Notes under the pieces: generated by a model
Seen by the model: the letters and a program-made list of their open reading frames with translations, nothing else
Told to the model about the DNA's origin: nothing
Database searches by the model: none
Translations under genes and position numbers: made by a program
IMG/VR virus record: IMGVR_UViG_3300037424_001585
Coordinates: 3,952-67,951 of that record
Reading direction: 5' to 3' (one strand)
DNA length: 64,000 nt
Source: a virus
Taxonomy: Duplodnaviria; Caudoviricetes
Shown: positions 9,609 through 19,624 of the stretch, one piece after another
Layout: every line of letters starts with the position of its first letter
Numbering within the stretch: the stretch's first letter is position 1

Positions 9609-10973
9609 ATGGAATACCGACGTGCGTACGGGGCCGACGCCCTCTTCGATCTCCCGCTGATTGACGCGGGGGCCCAGACCTACCTCGCGGCCATCCCGAC
9701 GATTGCGGCGGGGGACGTGAAACTCTTCACCGACGCCATGGTTTCGACCAACCCCACGGCGTTTATCCTGGGCTTCGACAGCATGGACGCCGAGCCCCAG
9801 CCGGGCGATGTGATCCACGAGGCCGACGCGGGTGATGGACAGGCAACCGTGATGTTCGTGGTGATCTGCTCGGGGACGGTGGGCGCCGGGACGGCGGCGG
9901 GCTTCATGTTCGTCAAGAGCGTAAGCGGGACATGGACGGATGATGCGGTGATCGACATTGACTCGCCGACCGTCAACCTCGACTGCGCGACGGTGGATGC
10001 CGGGACCACGGGGACCTATACCCTCGCGGCCAACCAGATCGCCAACACGGCGGGCCTGTTCGCCTTCTTCGGGAAACGGGCCTATGTCGCCTTGACCGCA
10101 GCCGAGATGTCTTGCAAGCAGGGCTTCGTGGAGGTGGTGGACCAGACGGCGACGGAAGAGTGGGAAGACACGAGTCTCAACGTCGTCACGGAGGGTCACG
10201 AATCGGCGCTCGACCCTCAAGGCTGCATTCTCACCGATCCGGTGGGCTCGGCGACGGGACAGACCACGACGAACCTTCGCCTCTCGGGGGCACCAGCGAC
10301 CGCACCCAAGGTGGGCTACTACTTCGAGGTGGTGAGCGGGACGAGTGTGGGGAATGCGGGTTACGTCAAGACGTACACCGCAGGCGCGACCTACGATGTC
10401 GTGCCCTACGTCGCCCTGGACATCGCGCTGGGTGCCGATTCGGTCGTCAAGTTCTTCCGGGATGCCAAGCGGGTCCCGGCGCACATCGTCGCGACGGAGG
10501 ACATTGGTCTCTCGGCCACACAGAAGACGGACGTGAACGCGGAAGTGGACACGGCGCTCAATACCGCGATTCCGGGTGGTCCCACCGCCGACTCGATCAA
10601 TCAGCGCGTGGTGGCGATTGATGACCTCACGCAGGCAAGTGGATCGGGCGATCTCGCGGCGATTCTGACGGATACCGGCACCACGCTTCCGGCGACACTG
10701 GTCACCATTAGTGGGTACCTCGATACGGAGATCGCGGCCATCTTGGCGCTTCTCGATGACGCACGGGCCGAACCCAGCCAAGGTGCCCCGCCGGTCAACC
10801 CGGATGTCGTGACCAAGATCGACTACCTGTACAAGGCGTGGCGGAACCGGCACACCCAGAGCGCCACCGAGTACGCGCTGTACGCGGACAACGCGACCAC
10901 CAAGGACCATGAGGCGGTCGTGAGTGACAACGGGACCATCGTGGACCGTGGTGAGGTCGGGACCGGGGCCTAA
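9609..10973 (+). CDS. putative virion structural protein
   Basis: AAGGAG RBS; 454 aa, Ala/Thr/Asp-rich. Confidence 0.6.
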   Translation: MEYRRAYGADALFDLPLIDAGAQTYLAAIPTIAAGDVKLFTDAMVSTNPTAFILGFDSMDAEPQPGDVIHEADAGDGQATVMFVVICSGTVGAGTAAGFMFVKSVSGTWTDDAVIDIDSPTVNLDCATVDAGTTGTYTLAANQIANTAGLFAFFGKRAYVALTAAEMSCKQGFVEVVDQTATEEWEDTSLNVVTEGHESALDPQGCILTDPVGSATGQTTTNLRLSGAPATAPKVGYYFEVVSGTSVGNAGYVKTYTAGATYDVVPYVALDIALGADSVVKFFRDAKRVPAHIVATEDIGLSATQKTDVNAEVDTALNTAIPGGPTADSINQRVVAIDDLTQASGSGDLAAILTDTGTTLPATLVTISGYLDTEIAAILALLDDARAEPSQGAPPVNPDVVTKIDYLYKAWRNRHTQSATEYALYADNATTKDHEAVVSDNGTIVDRGEVGTGA

Positions 10974-11431
10974 TGGCGATTGATACCGCCGCCAAGCGCC
11001 TCGACGCGCTCAACTTCGGGAGTGTGCAACCCTCGTTGGGGTTGCCCTTCCAGAGTGGGACGCTGGATCAATTCGGCGCGATCGGGTTGTACGAGTTGGG
11101 GGAGGAGGTCGCAGGTGCCCCGACCGATCTCGCGGCGGCGGCGGGCGCAGGCGGTTCGGTGGACCTGACATGGACGGACATTGCGACGGGGAACACGGAC
11201 TACTCGATCGAGCGCGCGGACTTGACCGCCGGGGATGCCTTCGCGGAGATCGCCACGACCGGGGACGGCGGAGCGGAATCTTATAACGATGTAGGGCCGT
11301 TCACCGCTGGGCATCGGTACGCGTATCGTGTCAAAGTCGTTGGTGGGCTCAGCGATGGTGAGTACTCGAATCAAGTGGCAGTCTTCGGCGGGAGCAGCGC
11401 GCTAAGCAGGCGTCGGCGGCAACGGTACTAG
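10973..11431 (+). CDS. fibronectin type III domain virion protein
   Basis: APTDLAA...VDLTWTD...YSIER...SYND...YAYRVKVV..EYSNQV is the FN3 consensus. Confidence 0.7.
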   Translation: MAIDTAAKRLDALNFGSVQPSLGLPFQSGTLDQFGAIGLYELGEEVAGAPTDLAAAAGAGGSVDLTWTDIATGNTDYSIERADLTAGDAFAEIATTGDGGAESYNDVGPFTAGHRYAYRVKVVGGLSDGEYSNQVAVFGGSSALSRRRRQRY

Positions 11432-11443
11432 AGGAGATAATCC

Positions 11444-11779
11444 ATGCAACTCAGAGAAAGCATTCGGACGGCGACCATCGCGATCAACGGGCAGACCTCC
11501 AACGCGATCCCTCTGCGCGGGCGCATGGTCGTAGGGATGCGCATTCCTTCGGCGTTCACCGGGACCACGATCACCTTCACCGCATCAGAGGTATACGATG
11601 GGACGTATGCAGCGGTGTACGACTCGGACAATAATCAGGTGAGCGTCGCGGTTGGGGTCTCACGCTTTATCGGCTTGAACGGCGCGGAAGCCGACGCGGT
11701 TTCAGCGGCACCGTTCGTCAAGTTGGTGAGCGGGTCAGCGGAAGCCGCCGCGCGGGAAGTGGAGGTGGTGCTCAAATGA
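11444..11779 (+). CDS. small beta-rich virion protein
   Basis: GAGGAG RBS; 111 aa. Confidence 0.6.
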   Translation: MQLRESIRTATIAINGQTSNAIPLRGRMVVGMRIPSAFTGTTITFTASEVYDGTYAAVYDSDNNQVSVAVGVSRFIGLNGAEADAVSAAPFVKLVSGSAEAAAREVEVVLK

Positions 11780-12120
11780 GATGGCTCACGCAGTTGTTCC
11801 GACCCTCACCGCCTGTGGTGACAGGGCGCATTGAGAACATTGAGAGCACTGCCCTTCCAGCGTACGCAGGAATGACGGCGGCACAGCGATGCGCGGCGGT
11901 TGCCGAGGCGCAATCCCTCGTCGCCCTCGACACGATGTGGGCAGCGTGGGAAGCGCGTGGCCAGTCGCGGCTGGGCTTGCTCTACGCAGCGGTCCTCGAA
12001 CGCAAAGGCCAGCTTGGCGCGCTTCTGAGCCCCGGAGAGCGTGAGACCATTGCGCGAGCGGAGCGACAGAAGGCGATCGGGGCGAAGTTGCCGCCAATCA
12101 CCGGAAGAGTAGGGAGGTAA
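11776..12120 (+). CDS. hypothetical protein
   Basis: ATGA overlap; 114 aa. Confidence 0.5.
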   Translation: MRWLTQLFRPSPPVVTGRIENIESTALPAYAGMTAAQRCAAVAEAQSLVALDTMWAAWEARGQSRLGLLYAAVLERKGQLGALLSPGERETIARAERQKAIGAKLPPITGRVGR

Positions 12121-12121
12121 C

Positions 12122-12547
12122 ATGGCCTTAGCCTTTAGCACAGCGTTCGCGAATGCCAGTCTCAACGGTTTCGGCAACTCCGGTGCGGGCTTCAACTTCG
12201 ACGCCGGGGTGTTGGAGATTCGCAGCGGGGCCGCCCCTGGTCCCGATGAGGCGGATGCTGGCACGCTGCTTGCCTCGATCACGCTGCCAGCGGATGCGTT
12301 CGGCGCGGCGGCCGCCAAGGCGATGGCGAAAGCGGGTACGTGGTCAGATGCCTCAGCGGACGCCGGTGGGGTCGCCGCGCACTTCCGCGTGAAGCAATCC
12401 GGGGATACGAGGGGTGCGAGCGGGGCCACGGATGAACGGATCGAGGGGACGGTGGGCCAAGGCTCAGGCGATCTCTCACTTGACAACACCACGATCGTCG
12501 CGGCACAGGCGGTGACGATCAACACCTTTAGCTTCAGCCTCCCCTAA
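12122..12547 (+). CDS. conserved small phage structural protein
   Basis: GGGAGG RBS; LEIRSGAAP...GTLLASITLP...DLSLDNTTIVAAQAVTINTFS pattern of small virion decoration-type proteins. Confidence 0.6.
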   Translation: MALAFSTAFANASLNGFGNSGAGFNFDAGVLEIRSGAAPGPDEADAGTLLASITLPADAFGAAAAKAMAKAGTWSDASADAGGVAAHFRVKQSGDTRGASGATDERIEGTVGQGSGDLSLDNTTIVAAQAVTINTFSFSLP

Positions 12548-13777
12548 GTGGCCGCGCCGAATCTCCAAGCCCAAGGTGCGACGGCGACCGGCGTCACGAC
12601 CGGGGTGCCGTCGATCGCGATTCCCACCCACCAGGCGGATGACATCCTGGTGGTCACGGCCATCATCTGGGCACCCAACACCACAACGCCAGACGCGGCG
12701 CAAATCCCCACCCCGTCTGGGTGGACGCTCCTCAGTACGCAAATTCCCCAGCCTGCCGCGTCTCCGCGCAATGGGTGGCTGGCGTGTTTCTGGAAGCGGG
12801 CGACAGGCGCGGGCACCACTGTTACCCTGACGCGCGGTACGGGCTGGGATACGGGGAACGATACGTGCTTCAACGGCCGGGCCTACGTCATTCGCGGCTG
12901 CATCGCCACCGGCGACCCCTGGGATGCGGTCGCGATGAGCATTGCCCGCACCATCGCCAACCAAGCCTGCGCCGCCGTCACGGTCTCGGGTGCTGAGCGG
13001 ATGGTCGTGCAGTTCGGGTGCTCGACCGACAACGCCGCCTTCGCCATGACCTCGGCGGGCTGGACGATCGGCACCGAGGATGATGATGCGGGCGGCACCG
13101 ACAGCGCCTTCCAGACCGCGCGGAAGGATAACGTCTCTGCGAGCACGACGGCCGATGCCATGACCTGCGCGGCGCCCGCTCAGGGATTCTATGGGTTCTT
13201 CGGCGTCTCGTTCAAGCCGCCGGTGGCGGCGATTGCGGGCGAGTTGAGCAAGGCGGTGGCCATTGCGCTCTCCGCCGCCGGCGCCGTGCTTGTGCAGGGC
13301 ACGCTCAATACTGCCCTGGCGTTGAGCCTGTCCGCGGCCGGGACGATCCCCGCGCAAGGGGTGTTGAGCCAAGAGGTTCCGCTTAGCCTCTCCGCCACTG
13401 GGGCAGTAACGGACGCAGGGGTTGTTGGTGATCTCTCGCAGGCGCTTGCACTGACACTCTCTGCTGATGGCGTTGTTCTTGTCCAGGGCAGTCTCGCGAG
13501 TACGGTGGTGGTCGGCGTCACCGCTGATGGGGATGTGCTGATCGCTGGAAGTCTGGCACAGGTCCTCCCTCTTTCGCTCGTCGCAGACGGTGGGGTGATT
13601 ACAGGTGGAGCCGTGCAACAAGACCTCCCTCTGTCCCTCGATGGAACTGGAGTGGTTCTTGTGACAGGCGCACTGAGTTCTACGCTCTTGTTCCAGCTTG
13701 GTGGAAGTGGTGGAGAGCCTGCTGGGTACGCTATCGCCCGCGCACGCCGGTTGTACCGCTTCAAGTACCGAGGATAG
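12548..13777 (+). CDS. fibre-like protein with ~20-aa repeats
   Basis: GTG start; C-terminal half has about 8 imperfect G.L...L.LSLSA.G.V repeats. Confidence 0.55.
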   Translation: MAAPNLQAQGATATGVTTGVPSIAIPTHQADDILVVTAIIWAPNTTTPDAAQIPTPSGWTLLSTQIPQPAASPRNGWLACFWKRATGAGTTVTLTRGTGWDTGNDTCFNGRAYVIRGCIATGDPWDAVAMSIARTIANQACAAVTVSGAERMVVQFGCSTDNAAFAMTSAGWTIGTEDDDAGGTDSAFQTARKDNVSASTTADAMTCAAPAQGFYGFFGVSFKPPVAAIAGELSKAVAIALSAAGAVLVQGTLNTALALSLSAAGTIPAQGVLSQEVPLSLSATGAVTDAGVVGDLSQALALTLSADGVVLVQGSLASTVVVGVTADGDVLIAGSLAQVLPLSLVADGGVITGGAVQQDLPLSLDGTGVVLVTGALSSTLLFQLGGSGGEPAGYAIARARRLYRFKYRG

Positions 13778-13790
13778 GAAAGAGAGACTT

Positions 13791-14567
13791 ATGGCACTTT
13801 TACGCGGTCTCAAAGCGATTCACCAGAGTGCGGTGGCGAACCGCCCGCACATCCTCGGGCATCAGACGGCGCGGAGCGCGTCCAATGACACGCTCTGCGA
13901 AATCTGGAACGGCCCGACCAACGCAGATCGCAAGTTCGTGGTGGACAAGGATGGGAAGCCGTACAGTGCGGCGCTCACCGCAGGGGACTTGCTCTACGCG
14001 GTCGCTGGTGGGGTGACAAGCGTGCGGCGACTGGACCCACTGGTGATTGGGACACCATACCAAACACTGCGTGTAAACAGTGCAGGGAACGCTCCTGAGT
14101 GGGGAAGCGGACGGCTGACGACGGATACGACACCCGTTAGCACTAGCGGGACTGGCGAGGACAATCTGATTTCGTATGCCGTCCCCGCAGCGGTTCTAGG
14201 CGTTAATGGACAGTTACTTCGTGTGACAGCTTGGGGAACGATCACAGGAGTGGCCGGTGGCAAGACACTCAAGTTTTACTTTGGTGCCTCGTCGATCACG
14301 CTGAGCGGTGCGGCGGTGGCGATGGCCGTTGCGTGGTACGTCACCATCCTCGTGATTCGTACGGGTGCTACCGCTCAGAGTCTTGCTGCGGGTGGAATTA
14401 CGGACAATGGTATGCTTCCAGTCGGTAGCGCTGCGGCACCTCTGGCCGCTGTGGGAACGGCGGCAGAGACTCTCTCTGGGGCTGTCACGCTGAAGCTCAC
14501 AGGAGAATGCGCGAACGGGGCTGATACGATTACGCAGTCCGGCCTCCTAGTGGAGTTCCTCGGGTGA
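13791..14567 (+). CDS. putative tail fibre / receptor-binding protein
   Basis: LTAGDLLYA...LVIGTPYQTLRVNSAGNAPEWG fibre-type motif, beta-sandwich C-terminus. Confidence 0.55.
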   Translation: MALLRGLKAIHQSAVANRPHILGHQTARSASNDTLCEIWNGPTNADRKFVVDKDGKPYSAALTAGDLLYAVAGGVTSVRRLDPLVIGTPYQTLRVNSAGNAPEWGSGRLTTDTTPVSTSGTGEDNLISYAVPAAVLGVNGQLLRVTAWGTITGVAGGKTLKFYFGASSITLSGAAVAMAVAWYVTILVIRTGATAQSLAAGGITDNGMLPVGSAAAPLAAVGTAAETLSGAVTLKLTGECANGADTITQSGLLVEFLG

Positions 14568-14953
14568 CAGGGCCGATTCCCTACCTCCCGCCTCGCTTCG
14601 CGGAAGTCCGGCCGGCGCAGGCACCTCCGCGTGTGCCCGTGCCGCAAGGGAAGCGTCCGAGCAAGGTGCCGGTCGCGTTGATGGCGATTCCGCAAGCGGC
14701 GTCCGCTATCTACGACGCGGAGACCACGTTCGCCCTCAAAGGTCGTGGAGGCTTCGAGGGGAACCCGATCATGCGCCCGATCGTGAACGCCGGGCGAGGG
14801 CCGACGTATGCGGCGCTGGGGGTGGAGGCGGCAGGGCAGGCATACTTGGGGAGTAAGCTTCGAGATGCGGGGAAGGGCTACTGGTGGGTGCCCCAAGCAC
14901 TCTCAACCGTTGGGCACATTGCGATGGGCACCATGAATCGAGGGAAGCGTTAG
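14564..14953 (+). CDS. hypothetical protein
   Basis: GTGA overlap; 129 aa. Confidence 0.5.
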   Translation: MTGPIPYLPPRFAEVRPAQAPPRVPVPQGKRPSKVPVALMAIPQAASAIYDAETTFALKGRGGFEGNPIMRPIVNAGRGPTYAALGVEAAGQAYLGSKLRDAGKGYWWVPQALSTVGHIAMGTMNRGKR

Positions 14954-16648
14954 ATGGCCAAGCTCAAGAGTGAACTGACCACGGACTTCTCGCGCGGGAT
15001 GCTCGATGACCTCGCGGCGACACGGTATCCGAGCAATGTCGCGCGGGAGATCATCAACGGGCGGATTCAGCCGGATGGGACTGTCCGGCGACGCCCGGGC
15101 TCTGAACGCTTGCACGCAGCGGCGCTCGTGACAGACGGGATTGGGTATGGCGGGATCGAGTTCATCACCGCAGCGGGACAGAAACAAATCGTCGTCTTCA
15201 TCAATGATGAGGCGCACTACAGCACGGATGGCGGGGCCAACTGGACCCAAATCGACACCGGGCTGCGTGAGGATTACTACAGTCTCGCGATCATGCGAGT
15301 GGGCGCGGTCAACTATCTCTACGCGGCGAATGGCGACACGACCGTCAAGCGCTGGGACGGCACGACGTGGGACACGAACCCTAACGCGCCCTCGGGGGTC
15401 AAGTTCCTCGCGGTCTTCCACGGGCGCTTGTGGTACGCAGGACACAGCGGGGTGGAGGTCAAGGGAAGCCAGATCGCGAACCCAGCGGTGGTCGCGACGC
15501 CCTATGGGACCACCGTCCAGATCAACACGCACGATGGTTCAGATGTCCCGACCGGGCTGTATCAGCTTGGCGCACACCTCCTCGTGTTCGATGCGAACTC
15601 GACCTCATACATCGACGGGTACGGGGAGCAAACCTTGCTCCTCGCGCAGGGCGCTGAAGGCTTCTCGCGTTCGGTGGGATGCATTGCGTTCCGAACCATT
15701 GTGGGGGTCGGGGAGAACGCGATTTGCTGGCTCTCCAAACGCGGGATCGAGTACTACGCGACCGGCAGCGGGATTCGCCTACTCACGAGCCCAGGTCTCC
15801 AGACCTTCTTCGAGACGCTCAATCGACCGGCAATTGAGGAGACACCGGGGTTGGCGAGTGCGTGCTATGATGCGGTAACCCAAGAATATCACGTCGCGCT
15901 CTCCACAACCGGCGTTCGTAATGATCGGATCGTGGTGATTAATCTCTTGCAACGTGGAAGAGATTGGTTGGGCGCGCACGAGGTCGATGAACCTCAAGCG
16001 ACCACTGCGCCCCCGGATGAGATTCTTTTTGATGATGCCGCTGCGGACGCGGAGGGGTATCTCCAAGAAGACGCTGTGAGCGGGGTCCGGCTTGATGTCG
16101 ATGAGGACGGGTACGCGGAGTTCGGGGCGGATGCGAGTGATGGTCTCCCCACTGAGGAGGACGCGGAGGGGTATCTGAGCAGCGCGATCACGGAGGAGGT
16201 CGGTGCCTCCTTGTTCATCGCGGAGGATGATGAGCGTGGGAGCGCGGTCCACTCGGTTGGGTATGATGGGTTTGTGCGGAAGCACCAGGGCTGGGGGGAC
16301 AACGACGACGTGACCAGTACAGGGACCGGCGGGGTCGTGGTCGAGATGCAGGTGGTGACGAGACCGTTCTTGCAAGGAAGCGTGCGACACCGGAAGCGGA
16401 CACGCGTGATTCACATTGCCTCGATTCAAGACAATGCCTCCGAGGTCACCGTCAGCGTGCGCGCGAATGGGGCGGGCTTCCCCACTCAAACCCTGGCCAT
16501 GCCCGCGACAACGTTCGACCAGCCCAAGCGGAAGAAGGCGATGGTCAAGGCGGATGGGGATGAACCGCAAGTGGTTCTCACGACCGAGGATGATGTCCGG
16601 GTCGCGGTGTTGGGCGTGAGCGCGGAATTGCTCCGGGAGCCGGTATGA
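14954..16648 (+). CDS. tail nozzle / DNA stabilisation protein (P22 gp10, T7 tubular protein B-like)
   Basis: DFSRGM..., NGRIQPDGTVRRRPG N-terminal motif, beta-propeller character (LAVFHGRLWYAG, ICWLSKRGI); precedes ejection proteins. Confidence 0.75.
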   Translation: MAKLKSELTTDFSRGMLDDLAATRYPSNVAREIINGRIQPDGTVRRRPGSERLHAAALVTDGIGYGGIEFITAAGQKQIVVFINDEAHYSTDGGANWTQIDTGLREDYYSLAIMRVGAVNYLYAANGDTTVKRWDGTTWDTNPNAPSGVKFLAVFHGRLWYAGHSGVEVKGSQIANPAVVATPYGTTVQINTHDGSDVPTGLYQLGAHLLVFDANSTSYIDGYGEQTLLLAQGAEGFSRSVGCIAFRTIVGVGENAICWLSKRGIEYYATGSGIRLLTSPGLQTFFETLNRPAIEETPGLASACYDAVTQEYHVALSTTGVRNDRIVVINLLQRGRDWLGAHEVDEPQATTAPPDEILFDDAAADAEGYLQEDAVSGVRLDVDEDGYAEFGADASDGLPTEEDAEGYLSSAITEEVGASLFIAEDDERGSAVHSVGYDGFVRKHQGWGDNDDVTSTGTGGVVVEMQVVTRPFLQGSVRHRKRTRVIHIASIQDNASEVTVSVRANGAGFPTQTLAMPATTFDQPKRKKAMVKADGDEPQVVLTTEDDVRVAVLGVSAELLREPV

Positions 16649-17028
16649 CCTTTCCTCCGGCGCGTGGGGGTTTGCAGGTCTCGCAGTTCAGCACGGCGCG
16701 ACCCGTGAGCGATGCCCAGGTTAATCCGCTCGCGACCACAGAGACCACACTGCTCACGGTCCCGGCGGGGTACACCTATGAGGGACGAATTTTCGTGGCG
16801 GAGCAAGGCGCGGCTACCCCCACGTTTCGTATCGCGCTCCGACTGGACGCGGCGGCGCTGGCCGCAAAACACTACATTGTATACGGCGACGCTCTCGCGG
16901 CGAACGAGGCATGGGTCACGGAGATGCTCTATCTCCCTGAGAACGCGATCGTGACGGTCTATGCAAGTACAGCGAATGTCAGCTTCACGTTCAGCGGCCT
17001 CAAGCGCCAGTTGGACGTGAACTTCTAG
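16645..17028 (+). CDS. small beta-sandwich tail protein
   Basis: TTLLTVPAGY...VYASTANVSFTFSG pattern; ATGA overlap. Confidence 0.55.
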   Translation: MTFPPARGGLQVSQFSTARPVSDAQVNPLATTETTLLTVPAGYTYEGRIFVAEQGAATPTFRIALRLDAAALAAKHYIVYGDALAANEAWVTEMLYLPENAIVTVYASTANVSFTFSGLKRQLDVNF

Positions 17029-17041
17029 CGGCGAGGGAGAC

Positions 17042-19039
17042 ATGGGCACAAGCCTACAGTACGATCAGGGTCTTGTCGATGATGAGGAAGAACGCCGCCG
17101 CCGTGAGGAGGAAGCCGCCGCCGCAGCGGACCTCGGCGCACAGGGAGAAACCACCCCAGCGCAAGGGACGTTGGCAGAGGAAGAAGCACCGTCTCCGCCC
17201 GCGCCGACGTTCCCCTCGGGCGCGACGATGCCGCCGCCCCCGCCACCTCCCCCACCGCCCCCACCGGACCTGGCGGGACTGAGTACCGATCTCACTCAGT
17301 TCTCGCGGGATTGGCTCCAGACCCCGAATCGGTATCTCTCCCCACTCGCCCAGGCCCAGCGAGGGGTGAGTGAGGAACGGTTGCGTGTGGGGGAAGAAGC
17401 GGCGATTGCAGGCGGGGAAGAACTGCTGCAATCGCGTGGGCTGATCGGGAGCACGATCGAGCAGGAGTCGAGAAGGCGCCTCGCGGGGGAGTTACAGCGG
17501 GCGCGTGGGGAGGATGAAGCGCGGTGGCTAGAGATGCTGGCCTCCGCCGAGACCATGGACCGGCAAGCGGCTGGGGAACAAGGGCTTCGTACCGCTCAAT
17601 TCGGGGAGACCCAAGGACTGGAGCGTTATCGCACGGAACTCGAACGATTCCAGGCCCTCGCGAACCTCGGGATTTCGACCGAGGAGCTTCGCCAGCGAGC
17701 TACGGAGATTCAGAATCAGGAGTCGCAGTTCGGGCGGCAGATCGACTTCGAGACCGCGCAGGCCGAAGCCGCGCGCCAACTGGAGCGGGAGCGTCTCGCC
17801 TCGACAACGGGTCTCGCGCGGGAAGAACTCGCGCAGCAGGAGAGCCAGTTCGCGCGCTCGATGGGATTGTCCCAGCAAGACATCAACCTCCGCGCGACCC
17901 AGATTCAACAGCAGTACCAACTTCAAGGCCGAAGCCTCGATATCGAGGAGGCGCGAAACCTGGCGGAACAGGCGCTCGCGGAGGAAACGCTCACGCAGCG
18001 CCGCACGGAGTTCAGCGCGAACTTCGGGATCGCGGAACAGGAGCTTGGATTGGAGGTCGAGCGGCTCCAGCAGCAAGCGGAGCAGTTCGGACAGACGTTG
18101 AGCCAGCAGGACGCACAGTTCCAGGCGGAGGTGAATCTTCGCGCGCAGCAGTTGCAGCAGCAGGCACAGACAGAGGGAAGGACCCTCGATCTGCAAGAGG
18201 CGCGGGATCGGGCGACGGTGGACATCCAACTCTCGCAGATTGGGATTCAGCAGCAGGAGGTGGATCAGCGGGCGCAGCAGCTTCAACAGGAATATGCGCT
18301 GCAAGGTCGGAGTCTCGATCTCCAACAAGCGCGGGACCTGGCGGCGGAGACCTTGACCCGTGAGCAGATGCAGATGGAGATTCGCTTGGCCTCGGACCAG
18401 ATGGCGCAGCGTGAGAGTGAGTTCGCGCGGTCGTATGGGCTGAACGAACGGACCTTCCTGACGCAGCAGCAGCAGTTCGCACAGACGTACTCGGAGCAGG
18501 TCGCGACGAGGTTGCAAGACGACGCGCAGTTCACCGCGACACTTCAGCAGCGTGATGCCCAGTTTGCGCTGGATGCGGGCTTGCGGGAACGCGCGCTCGC
18601 GTTGCAGGCACAAGGGATGGAGGCGGACCAGGCGTTTCGGCAGGCGAGCTTGGAACAAGAGAATCAGCTTCGCACGCGCGCGCTGGACCTCGAACAACTG
18701 GGGATCAGCCAGGAGAGCGCGTATCGATACGCCGCACTGGAGCAGGACGGCCGCTTCCGTCTTGAGGCCAATCGGTTGCAGGAGCTTGGGCTCAGACAAG
18801 AAGATGCGTATCGGTACGCGGACTTGACGTTCCGGGGGCAGCAACTCCAACAGCAGCAGGACCAATTCCAGGCGGAGATGGACTTCACGCTCCAGCAAGC
18901 GCAAACAGATCAAGAGCGCTTCGAGGCGATGCTGGAGTTGTGGGACAGGTACATGAACCAAGGTGATGCGACCGGAACACCGATCTCCGGGCTGCCGGGT
19001 GGTGGCGGGATCGTGGTCCCACCGCCGAACCAGTACTAG
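17042..19039 (+). CDS. internal virion / ejection protein, Gln-rich repeats
   Basis: 665 aa, all-helical Q/E/A-rich with repeated QGRSLD motif; lies after the nozzle. Confidence 0.6.
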   Translation: MGTSLQYDQGLVDDEEERRRREEEAAAAADLGAQGETTPAQGTLAEEEAPSPPAPTFPSGATMPPPPPPPPPPPPDLAGLSTDLTQFSRDWLQTPNRYLSPLAQAQRGVSEERLRVGEEAAIAGGEELLQSRGLIGSTIEQESRRRLAGELQRARGEDEARWLEMLASAETMDRQAAGEQGLRTAQFGETQGLERYRTELERFQALANLGISTEELRQRATEIQNQESQFGRQIDFETAQAEAARQLERERLASTTGLAREELAQQESQFARSMGLSQQDINLRATQIQQQYQLQGRSLDIEEARNLAEQALAEETLTQRRTEFSANFGIAEQELGLEVERLQQQAEQFGQTLSQQDAQFQAEVNLRAQQLQQQAQTEGRTLDLQEARDRATVDIQLSQIGIQQQEVDQRAQQLQQEYALQGRSLDLQQARDLAAETLTREQMQMEIRLASDQMAQRESEFARSYGLNERTFLTQQQQFAQTYSEQVATRLQDDAQFTATLQQRDAQFALDAGLRERALALQAQGMEADQAFRQASLEQENQLRTRALDLEQLGISQESAYRYAALEQDGRFRLEANRLQELGLRQEDAYRYADLTFRGQQLQQQQDQFQAEMDFTLQQAQTDQERFEAMLELWDRYMNQGDATGTPISGLPGGGGIVVPPPNQY

Positions 19040-19060
19040 CGAGCACGAAGGAGCGTACGT

Positions 19061-19615
19061 ATGCCATACGGAGACGGACAAGACCCCATGTGGGGCATCG
19101 AGCGCCTTTTCCAGACCGAAGAAGAACGGCGGCGGCGAATGCTCGGCCAAGCTCCGCAAGCTGGATGGGTCCCGACGACGGATATGCAGTACCAACCACT
19201 CACCGGTGGTGGTCGAGGGACCGGGGGATGGAACGTCGCGATTGGCGGACGCGGCGGGCAAACTCAAACCTCCTCCGCGCTCCCGAACATGTCGCCGATG
19301 CCGACTGCGAGGCCAACACCGTTCGCGGTGGGTACACCCCCGCCGGTACCTGGGAGCACAGCGGCGCAAGCGGAGAAGGGAGGGTTCCTTCCCACGATCG
19401 GAAGAATCCTGAGCGACCCGGAGGTCATCACGGGATTAGCCGGGACCGCCGCGAATGTGTATGGCGCGGCACAGGAGGGGAAAGCGCGGGAACGGGAACT
19501 GGAAGCGTTGGAGCGAGAGCGAAAGCGGCAAGAGGAAGAGCGGCAACGACGCCACAAGCTCGACCAGATGCAGACGATCCTCGGAGCGCTGGCGGCGTTT
19601 CGACCGAGGTCCTAG
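19061..19615 (+). CDS. small ejection (pilot-like) protein
   Basis: AAGGAG RBS; ITGLAGTAANVYGAAQEG amphipathic segment plus coiled coil. Confidence 0.5.
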   Translation: MPYGDGQDPMWGIERLFQTEEERRRRMLGQAPQAGWVPTTDMQYQPLTGGGRGTGGWNVAIGGRGGQTQTSSALPNMSPMPTARPTPFAVGTPPPVPGSTAAQAEKGGFLPTIGRILSDPEVITGLAGTAANVYGAAQEGKARERELEALERERKRQEEERQRRHKLDQMQTILGALAAFRPRS

Positions 19616-19624
19616 GGAGGATGC

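Noticed and set aside
17232-17270. Poly-proline run as a functional repeat
   Set aside because: Low-complexity linker typical of ejection proteins.
17528-19369. 613-aa minus-strand ORF, and similar long antisense ORFs (e.g. 3024-4442, 9354-10910)
   Set aside because: Shadows of real plus-strand genes in high-GC sequence; no motifs or RBS.
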